A stretch of 64,000 bases of DNA. Origin: a virus. Its lineage: Duplodnaviria > Caudoviricetes. The translations under genes and the position numbers were made by a program. The notes beneath the pieces were generated by a model. The model saw nothing but the letters and a program-made list of their open reading frames with translations. It searched no databases and was not told the DNA's origin. Positions within the stretch are counted from its first letter, which is position 1. Each line of letters starts with the position of its first letter. The stretch lies in IMG/VR virus record IMGVR_UViG_3300025018_000001; one strand, written 5' to 3'. Positions 57,094 to 64,000 of this stretch are shown in pieces.

Positions 57094-57897
57094 ATGCAAC
57101 GTTTATTTTGGACACTTGAAGAAGACACCTTATTGGAAAACTTGTATTTAAAAAATGCATCAGCAGAACAATTTATTTCTGCACTACCTAAAAGGTCATT
57201 ATCCGCTATAAGAAGTAGAACACACGTACTTATAAAAGAGGGCATGTTTGCAAAACGTCGCCTAAAACAAAAACCTATAAATACTGCTAATTTTTCAAAC
57301 AAGTATACAAAGAGACAATTAGAGAAAGATGCAGTTAAGGTAGTGGATAAAACAGGTGGATGGTTTGGTATACCTGGGCCAGCGATAATAGAGCATTGGG
57401 ATGTTTTTAAAAGTATTTTACGAGATAAATCACCATTCATTGCTGTTGAAGAGAATAAAAGCCAATACAATAAAATGTCACGACTGTCAGAAAATATTAA
57501 CGGTCTTACTCTTGTAAATGGTGAATTATTTAATGTATTAAAAAGTTTTGGTCAACTGTATCCATCACCAAGAGTACCATTATTTGCTTACGGTCATCTT
57601 GATTTTTGTAAAACAGCTAGAATATTATTACGTGATTATGAATTGTATTCTAATCTCATGTGGTTAGCACAATGGAATCAAATAAAATCAGTTTTTTATC
57701 TAGATGTGTCAGTATCTAGAAGACCTGATGATGATATAATATTTACTAAGTTATTTCAAGATCTTATACCATTTATATTCTCATTAAATGGATGGAATGT
57801 AACAGATCCACGAAATTTACAAAATAAGTATATAAAAACATATAGTGATGGTAACCCAATGGTTAATGCACTATTTAAAATGACTAAGATTAAATAA
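57094..57897 (+). CDS. Myb-like N-terminal repeat fused to uncharacterised domain
   Basis: FWTLEED.LL..LY........LPKRS..AI.SR. Confidence 0.55.
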   Translation: MQRLFWTLEEDTLLENLYLKNASAEQFISALPKRSLSAIRSRTHVLIKEGMFAKRRLKQKPINTANFSNKYTKRQLEKDAVKVVDKTGGWFGIPGPAIIEHWDVFKSILRDKSPFIAVEENKSQYNKMSRLSENINGLTLVNGELFNVLKSFGQLYPSPRVPLFAYGHLDFCKTARILLRDYELYSNLMWLAQWNQIKSVFYLDVSVSRRPDDDIIFTKLFQDLIPFIFSLNGWNVTDPRNLQNKYIKTYSDGNPMVNALFKMTKIK

Positions 57898-57916
57898 TTA
57901 AAAAGGAAGGAGTAAA

Positions 57917-58177
57917 ATGATTAAAAGAAAAGTATTGTTTTTACTTTCACTTATTCTATTATTACTATGCACTGCAGTACATAAATCCAGTATTTTGGAT
58001 AGTGTACGAGCATCCATAGCGGTAAATCAGGTGAGTGATGATGTAGTAATAAACTCTCTATCAAGAGCAGTAGCTACAGGTTCAGCACCAGAAACAATTG
58101 TAACAGTATTATTTTTAATGGCCCTAGTCGGCATAACCCTAAGTTTCTTTAAAAAGAAGGAGAAGTACAATGATTAA
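57917..58177 (+). CDS. Small membrane protein
   Basis: Two hydrophobic segments; upstream of SPFH gene. Confidence 0.55.
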   Translation: MIKRKVLFLLSLILLLLCTAVHKSSILDSVRASIAVNQVSDDVVINSLSRAVATGSAPETIVTVLFLMALVGITLSFFKKKEKYND

Positions 58178-59204
58178 GTTTTCTACAGCTTTTATTTGCG
58201 CAATTTTACTGGTATTATCCGGTACACTAACTGGATGCGGTCCCGCAAAAACTGATGTATTTATTGAAGTTGCCCCGAATGAGACTGCTTTTGTTATCCC
58301 TCTTGAAGGAAGTACGGAAGATCAGAAGAGAGTTCTGTCAGTTGATTATCTGAACAAGTCAAAGATTGCCACCAAAAGGATATTCCTTCCTTTACGTAAG
58401 GTAGACACAGGCAGATGGTGGTTTAATTACCAATATGTACCAACAATGCGTGTTATCACAGTTGATAGAAAACCTATCAGACTTATTTGGGAAGCTCTTG
58501 ATGGTCCGAACGGCACCAAAAATGCTGGAACAGGTATCCGTGTTGAATCACGTGATTCTATTGGCTTTACTGTAGGTATTGATATTACTGCACACATAAC
58601 TGAAGAAGATGCTGCTCTATTTTTGTATAGTTTTCCTACAGGAGACTTGAGTAAAATTCTTAACGACACCATCAAATCTAAATCAACTGAAATTCTTTCA
58701 AGAGAGTTCGCAAAATATAATCTTGAAGGACAAAAAGTTGTATATGATAAAGATGGTAAACTAGTAAAAGAAGCAGAAATGGGCGCCAGGGAACAAAAAG
58801 GTATAATAGTTGATGTAGCCAGAGCAGAACTTGTAGACTACTTTAAGAGCCAAGGTGTCACAATTGATACATTTGGTCTAGTCGGTGGTTTATGGTATGA
58901 CGACAATGCTATTCAGGAAGCAATCAATGCAAACTTTGCGAGTGCCTTGGATGTTGAGAACAAGCGTAACCTTAAAGTAGCACAGGAACAAGTTAACGCT
59001 ACTAAGTTATCTATTGCAATTAATGACAAGAACGAAGCTCTTGAATTTGCAAAAGCTGCCGAAGCTAGAACTGTACAGATTGAGTTAGAAATCAAGCGTA
59101 CATTGGCAGAAGCCGAACTTGTTAAGGCAAATAAATGGTCTGGTAATCTTCCAGCTAATATCATGCCTTCAGGCGGTGGATTTATTTTGAACACAGGTAA
59201 GTAA
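58170..59204 (+). CDS. SPFH/band-7 family lipoprotein
   Basis: Lipobox LTGC, VESRDSIGF.VGI, coiled-coil C-terminus, KWSG.LP ending. Confidence 0.7.
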   Translation: MIKFSTAFICAILLVLSGTLTGCGPAKTDVFIEVAPNETAFVIPLEGSTEDQKRVLSVDYLNKSKIATKRIFLPLRKVDTGRWWFNYQYVPTMRVITVDRKPIRLIWEALDGPNGTKNAGTGIRVESRDSIGFTVGIDITAHITEEDAALFLYSFPTGDLSKILNDTIKSKSTEILSREFAKYNLEGQKVVYDKDGKLVKEAEMGAREQKGIIVDVARAELVDYFKSQGVTIDTFGLVGGLWYDDNAIQEAINANFASALDVENKRNLKVAQEQVNATKLSIAINDKNEALEFAKAAEARTVQIELEIKRTLAEAELVKANKWSGNLPANIMPSGGGFILNTGK

Positions 59205-59212
59205 TATAAATT

Positions 59213-59372
59213 TGGATGTGGCGGAATAGGTAGACGCAGGGATAGTCATTTAGAAAAAAGTACTTCGACAGACTAATAATCTGTAGGTGGAGCTTAACGT
59301 ACTTCAATGGCGAACAAAAAGAACTCCTAGGGCATGTTAAAACCCATGTATGGTGCAGATCCATACCATCCA
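59213..59372 (+). tRNA. tRNA-like RNA 1 (Leu-type D arm, ~80-nt expanded anticodon domain)
   Basis: TGGATG/CATCCA acceptor, TG-GCG-GAATAGGTAGA-CGC D arm, GTATGG-TGCAGAT-CCATAC T arm; no encoded CCA. Confidence 0.6.
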
Positions 59373-59395
59373 CAAATTTAGAAAGGTAATAAACA

Positions 59396-59629
59396 ATGCG
59401 TAATATAATATTAGTAGTAGTATTATGTATAGTATTCTCAACAGTTGGTTGTGCTGTTAACCATAGAAAACCATGTCATGCTAATTATGGTTCTAATTGT
59501 TATGGTGATTTTGGCTGCCACTCTAAAGCTTTTATTATGAAACATGATAAAAGTTTAACAAGATGTGCTTTAGACCAGATTGCTACTGCTAAGATGTGGG
59601 ATGAGTATTTCAAAAGTAAGAAGAAATGA
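59396..59629 (+). CDS. Small lipoprotein
   Basis: Lipobox TVGC. Confidence 0.5.
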   Translation: MRNIILVVVLCIVFSTVGCAVNHRKPCHANYGSNCYGDFGCHSKAFIMKHDKSLTRCALDQIATAKMWDEYFKSKKK

Positions 59630-59638
59630 AAAATGAAG

Positions 59639-59721
59639 GGGAGAGATGCTGATGGTGAGTCAGTAAGATCTTCAGTGCTAGGTGGCCGCCACACTGAGTA
59701 GCTGCGAAGCTGCCTCTCCTG
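59639..59721 (+). ncRNA. tRNA-like RNA 2 (non-canonical, tRNA-Sec-like D loop)
   Basis: GGGAGAG/CTCTCCT acceptor, GCTGA-TGGTGAG-TCAGT, TCAGT..GTGG-CCG-CCAC-ACTGA arm, GTAGC-TGCGAA-GCTGC. Confidence 0.4.
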
Positions 59722-59747
59722 AATATAAATTAAATTAATGGAGGTTT

Positions 59748-60872
59748 ATGGATAAAGTAACATTATATAAAAAATCAACAAAAACAGATAAGATACATTT
59801 TTGGTCAGTACGTGTTGAGATGGCACCGGATTTAGTTGGAGCTATACTGATACGAGAAGCCGGTGAAATGGGTGGTAAAGTAAAAATAAATCATAAACTA
59901 ATTGACAAGGGTAATAATATTGGTAGGTCTAACGAAAAATCACCTTATGAGTTAGCAGTATTCAAAGCAAATAAAATGGTAAAAGACCACTATGAAGATA
60001 ACTATCACTTCTCATTAGATGATGTTGACAATCCCATAGAGTTTATAAAACCAATGTTGGCAGAACCATTGGACGCTACTAAGTTAGTATTTCCATGTTA
60101 TGCTCAACCAAAGATGAATGGAGTACGTTGCTTCTCTCTCAGACACTTAAATGACCCCACCATGTGGTCAAGAGAACGTAATGAGTATGCTGCTATAAAA
60201 GAAATAAAAGAAGCCGTAGGCGTGTATTTTGGAGTTAATTCGCCTGATGGAGAAATATATGATCCTGAGAAGTCATTCCAAGAAATTATAAAAGCGGTAA
60301 AGAAAAGAAGAGAAAGTACAAAAGATTTAAAGATGTGGATATACGACCTAGCTATTCCTGGTGTACCATTTGCAGAGCGTAATGCAATGATACATGATAT
60401 CTTTGAAACACATAAAGATAATGGCATACTAGATTATTTTTATGAAGTTCCTACCGTAATAGTAAACTCATTCGAAGAGTTGGATGCATTACATGACCAA
60501 TGGGTATTAGAAGGTTTTGAGGGATTAATATTAAGACTACCTTCAGGACTTTACGAATTTAATGAACGTACTTTTAGCCTTGTAAAATATAAAAAGTTTG
60601 TTGATGATGAATTTGAGATAATTGGATTTACTTCAGAAATATGGCACGATACCATAAATAATGTATTTAGAGAATTAGTTATATGGAAATGTAGAACAGA
60701 AGATGGTATGGAATTTGATGTACGCCCTGCTGGATCATTTTTACTAAGGGAGGTAGCCTATAAGTCAGCTGAGAAACAGATGGGTAAACCATACACAGTT
60801 AAATTTCAGAACTACTCTGATGACGGTATTCCAATATTCCCAATTGGTTTAGCTATGAGAGACTATGAATAA
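59748..60872 (+). CDS. ATP-dependent DNA ligase
   Basis: PMLA, QPKMNGVR (KxDGxR), DGEIY, YDL, EGFEGLILR, LVKYK, OB-fold TVKFQ....GIP.FP. Confidence 0.9.
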   Translation: MDKVTLYKKSTKTDKIHFWSVRVEMAPDLVGAILIREAGEMGGKVKINHKLIDKGNNIGRSNEKSPYELAVFKANKMVKDHYEDNYHFSLDDVDNPIEFIKPMLAEPLDATKLVFPCYAQPKMNGVRCFSLRHLNDPTMWSRERNEYAAIKEIKEAVGVYFGVNSPDGEIYDPEKSFQEIIKAVKKRRESTKDLKMWIYDLAIPGVPFAERNAMIHDIFETHKDNGILDYFYEVPTVIVNSFEELDALHDQWVLEGFEGLILRLPSGLYEFNERTFSLVKYKKFVDDEFEIIGFTSEIWHDTINNVFRELVIWKCRTEDGMEFDVRPAGSFLLREVAYKSAEKQMGKPYTVKFQNYSDDGIPIFPIGLAMRDYE

Positions 60873-60958
60873 GTAAAACAAGTGGAAGAAAAGTATAGGA
60901 CTTTTAGTGTAATGCTAAGTTGATTCAATTATCACTTCTTCTAAATAAAGGAATAAAC

Positions 60959-62296
60959 ATGACTATAGAGCAAGAGATTATAAAAAGGTTAGATGCAGCA
61001 GGATTCCAAGTTTTCATTGTAGGTGGTGCGATTAGAGATGAAATACTTGGTTTACCTATTAATGATATTGACTTTGCCACTAATGCAAGGCCAGAACAAA
61101 TTATTAAATTGTTCAAAGGAAAAAACATAGGGGTTGTAGGTAAAAGTTTTAAAGTTGTATTTGTAGAAGGAGTACAGATAGCCACATTCAGAAAAGATGT
61201 ACAGAACGTATTCTTTAGTGCAAAATTTTGTGAGCCTGTTTACGCAGATACAATACAAGAAGACCTTGAAAGAAGGGATCTAACTATGAACGCCATGGCA
61301 AGAGATGCCGTAACTGATGAGTTCTTTGACCTACATGGTGGTGTAGATGATATTCGTAATGGTATAATACGTTTAGTAGGCGACCCTATTGAACGAATTC
61401 AGCAAGATCCTAATAGAATAGTAAGAGCCTGTAGATTACTAGCTAAAACTGAAGGAATCTTTGCACCAGAGACTTATGCAGCATTATGTGAATGTGCTGT
61501 GTATATAAAGCGACATGTTGAAGCAGAACGCCTCTGTGATGAGATTATGAAAGCTATGGAGGTAAGGACACCTTCGCTGTTCTTTAGTGCTCTACACACT
61601 ATAGGGGCGTTAAAATATATATTTCCAGCAATGGCTGACTCGTTTGACTACAGTGGAGGGGAATACCATAAAGAAACTATTGGTGAACATCTAATGATGG
61701 CTGGTGATATTATCTCACCTAGATTTCCAGTACTTAGGTTAGCTGGATATCTGCATGATATAGGTAAACCAAAAGCATTTGATAAAGAAAAAGATGGTAG
61801 TTTTAAAGCCCATGAAGCGTATGGGGCTGAGATGGCCAATAGGTACCTACGCAAATTAAAATTCCCTAATAGTATTACAAATGAGGTTGTTGGGCTGATT
61901 GATAGCCACATGCGCGTCTGCCGTGGGTTAACACCTAAAGGTATCAGACGTTTAAGAAAACATTTAGCGGACTCAAATGTAGACCCTAGAAGCTTTCTAC
62001 GTTTGAAGTTAGCTGATAGGTCTGCAAATATGTACAGGTCACCGAGCGAAATTAAACCAATAAAAGAATTAATAATTAATGCGGGTATTCGTTGTGACCC
62101 TAATGAAGTATCTGTGGTATCCTTGAAAGACTTAGCTATATCTGGTGGAGAATTAATGAAAGAATTCAATTTACCACAGGGTGCTATAATAGGTGAAATA
62201 CATAGGGCATTGTTGGAATTTATTATAGAAGAAGGCGATGAATTCAATACCTATGATATATTGAGAAATAAAGCGAAAGAGTTACTACAACAGTAA
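60959..62296 (+). CDS. cca: CCA-adding/poly(A)-polymerase-family nucleotidyltransferase with HD domain
   Basis: VGGAIRD, DIDFAT, EDLERRDLTMNA, DPNRIVR, ERL..E, LHDIGKP. Confidence 0.88.
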   Translation: MTIEQEIIKRLDAAGFQVFIVGGAIRDEILGLPINDIDFATNARPEQIIKLFKGKNIGVVGKSFKVVFVEGVQIATFRKDVQNVFFSAKFCEPVYADTIQEDLERRDLTMNAMARDAVTDEFFDLHGGVDDIRNGIIRLVGDPIERIQQDPNRIVRACRLLAKTEGIFAPETYAALCECAVYIKRHVEAERLCDEIMKAMEVRTPSLFFSALHTIGALKYIFPAMADSFDYSGGEYHKETIGEHLMMAGDIISPRFPVLRLAGYLHDIGKPKAFDKEKDGSFKAHEAYGAEMANRYLRKLKFPNSITNEVVGLIDSHMRVCRGLTPKGIRRLRKHLADSNVDPRSFLRLKLADRSANMYRSPSEIKPIKELIINAGIRCDPNEVSVVSLKDLAISGGELMKEFNLPQGAIIGEIHRALLEFIIEEGDEFNTYDILRNKAKELLQQ

Positions 62297-62297
62297 C

Positions 62298-62422
62298 ATG
62301 TTACCTTAACCCACAGCAGGTGCAGTGGTCAGAAACACTTCAGATCTCGACGGTTCAACTCCGGTCAATGTCGGTACGTGAGGATGTGAAGGTTCTTGGT
62401 TCAATTCCAGGATAGGTAATAT
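62298..62422 (+). ncRNA. tRNA-like RNA 3 with a second internal T-loop hairpin
   Basis: ATGTTACCT/AGGTAATAT acceptor-like stem, CCAC-AGCAGGTGCA-GTGG D arm, TCTTGG-TTCAATT-CCAGGA T arm, internal CGG-TTCAACT-CCG. Confidence 0.5.
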
Positions 62423-62446
62423 AATAAAACAATGAGGTAGTTAAAT

Positions 62447-62797
62447 ATGGAAGAAAATTCAAAAGTACTAACTGACGCACAGTTTCAAGGATTTAGAGAT
62501 CAAGTAAAGGATTCAACCAATAGAATGCTACATAATTTTATTACTATGTTTCTTTTTCTTGGTGTGTATGAAAGAAGTGATAAAGCAACAAAAGATAAAA
62601 TTGCTGAGTTCATTAGTATAATCAGAGAAGATATTACAACAGTTCATACTAAAAAAGCAGTAGCAACATTTGAATTGTCACAAGATCAGATAGACCTAAT
62701 CCAAAAAGAAATGACTATCATACTTGATGGATGCTTGGCACCTATGACAAAACTCATAGAAAGAGATAAGGAAAAAGTAGATGAACAGAAAGGTTAA
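62447..62797 (+). CDS. Hypothetical protein
   Basis: GAGG RBS. Confidence 0.55.
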   Translation: MEENSKVLTDAQFQGFRDQVKDSTNRMLHNFITMFLFLGVYERSDKATKDKIAEFISIIREDITTVHTKKAVATFELSQDQIDLIQKEMTIILDGCLAPMTKLIERDKEKVDEQKG

Positions 62798-63314
62798 TTA
62801 TTTTTGGACTGCTGATGAACACTACTTCCATTTTAACGCCATTAAGTATTGCAATAGGCCATACAGTAATACTGATGAAATGAATCATGATATGATTACT
62901 AAAAATAATGAAGTAGTTACAAATAATGATGTTGTTGTTCACGTTGGTGACTTCACCTTGGCTAACCAAACCCAAGCCGCATCAATTATAAAACAATTAA
63001 ATGGCCAACATGTATTTGTAATTGGTAGTCATGATAAGTGGTTGGGTGGTAGAGGTAAGCATATTTGGGAGAAGACTATAGAAGGACAGCATATTGTATG
63101 TTGCCATTATGCTATGTATTCTTGGCCAAGGTCACATTATGGTAGTTTTTTACTTTATGGTCATCACCACGGTAAATTTTCCATACCGTGTAAAGCTATT
63201 GATGTTGGGGTAGATACAAATAATTTTTATCCATACTCTTTTGAGCAAATGATGGCAGCTATGGTGAATAAACCTACAACTCCCGGTGTAATACGAGATA
63301 AGTATAAAAAATAG
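62781..63314 (+). CDS. Metallophosphoesterase (phage type)
   Basis: ADEHY.H, HVGDF, GSHD, CHYAM..W, YGHHH, DVGVD. Confidence 0.88.
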   Translation: MNRKVNYFWTADEHYFHFNAIKYCNRPYSNTDEMNHDMITKNNEVVTNNDVVVHVGDFTLANQTQAASIIKQLNGQHVFVIGSHDKWLGGRGKHIWEKTIEGQHIVCCHYAMYSWPRSHYGSFLLYGHHHGKFSIPCKAIDVGVDTNNFYPYSFEQMMAAMVNKPTTPGVIRDKYKK

Positions 63315-63335
63315 GTATTGTGGTGTTGTGGGGGA

Positions 63336-63354
63336 TAGTGGTACTGGTGTTTTG
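63336..63354 (+). promoter_or_regulatory. TAGTGGTAC-N9-G box
   Basis: GGGGA-TAGTGGTAC-TGGTGTTTT-G. Confidence 0.65.
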
Positions 63355-63405
63355 GGTGGGTGCCCTTAAGATACATTATAAACTAAAGGAAGTTTAACTA
63401 AAGTG

Positions 63406-64000
63406 ATGGATACTAAATTAATTGTTAACAATTTTCGTACTAGTAGTTACTACTCATGTGGAGTGCAGTGGGCGTTTGTTGGTAAAGTTGAAAAAGATTA
63501 TGAGTTACTGCATGAACCTTTGACATGTAAAGATTATACACATGAAATAATCTGCAATACCATTCATGGGAAAAGTCTATATTCTAATGGTGTTTCAAGA
63601 GTGCTACCGCTTGACTTGGAAAAATTACAGGTAGTTCTTGTAGTACCAGTTGCAAAAGTTACTGCAAGTAAAGATACTGTAAAAAATATAGTCTATGGTG
63701 CTAAAAAAGTATTTAGTGCTCTAGAAACAGCTGGAGGATTACCCAAGACATTAATAAAAGAAGTAACTCCAAGTAAGGCTGATAATGGTCAAAGATTTTT
63801 TATCCTAACAATGAAAAAACACATGACAGAGTCTCCTGTATTATTTCATTCTTTGATAGCTTTAATTAGGACCGCTGTGGTACTTGGTAAAGAATTGAAA
63901 GAAGATAATGTAGAGAATGCTTTTCTTGGGCGATATGAAAAAGACTCTGAAATACTAACTAATTTGTTTCAATCCGGTACACTAAAATTACTGCTCAAAG
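63406..64000 (+). CDS. Hypothetical protein, truncated by window end
   Basis: Open frame from ATG 63406 (MDTKLIVNNF...) to the end; AAAGGA RBS. Confidence 0.65.
   Translation, partial: MDTKLIVNNFRTSSYYSCGVQWAFVGKVEKDYELLHEPLTCKDYTHEIICNTIHGKSLYSNGVSRVLPLDLEKLQVVLVVPVAKVTASKDTVKNIVYGAKKVFSALETAGGLPKTLIKEVTPSKADNGQRFFILTMKKHMTESPVLFHSLIALIRTAVVLGKELKEDNVENAFLGRYEKDSEILTNLFQSGTLKLLLK

Noticed and set aside
59213-59372. Ordinary tRNA-Leu with a group I intron
   Set aside because: The insert (~80 nt) is far too short for a group I intron, and no splice position restores a YU-NNN-R anticodon loop.
6540-62247. Numerous antisense/overlapping ORFs in the track (e.g. 6540, 10500, 13081, 15808, 18028, 28253, 29559, 61648)
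   Set aside because: They are shadows of better-supported genes on the opposite strand or frame, lacking RBS and recognisable motifs.
1-64000. Stop-codon reassignment (TAG-rich intergenic DNA)
   Set aside because: Recognisable genes are intact under the standard code and several end in TAG or TGA; TAG richness is confined to non-coding tracts.

Overview
Fragment of a large, AT-rich tailed bacteriophage genome (large/jumbo Caudoviricetes-like; standard genetic code; bacterial AAGGAG/GGAG ribosome-binding sites). 1-16500 is a minus-strand block: truncated terminase large subunit, probable small terminase, HD hydrolase, dNMP kinase, cold-shock protein, GH24 lysozyme, ClpP, tail/adhesin proteins, PIN-PhoH and an intergenic structured RNA. 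16500-17340 is a non-coding, TAGTA-rich divergence region. 17340-29300 is a visibly GC-richer plus-strand region of small genes, many preceded by a repeated terminator / TAGTGGTMC-N9-G box / covarying leader-hairpin module. 29600-31800 holds an HTH gene carrying its own palindromic sites and a ~23-nt periodic repeat (possible origin). 32000-64000 is a plus-strand accessory/metabolic block: Nudix, HNH, peptide-deformylase-like, PurZ-like synthetase, RtcB, K+ channel, TAXI-fusion/DUF2491-like/PspA module, phosphoesterases, SPFH protein, DNA ligase, CCA/HD nucleotidyltransferase and three tRNA-like RNAs with non-canonical anticodon domains. All family calls come from motif recognition by eye, not database searches. 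RNA structures were paired by hand.
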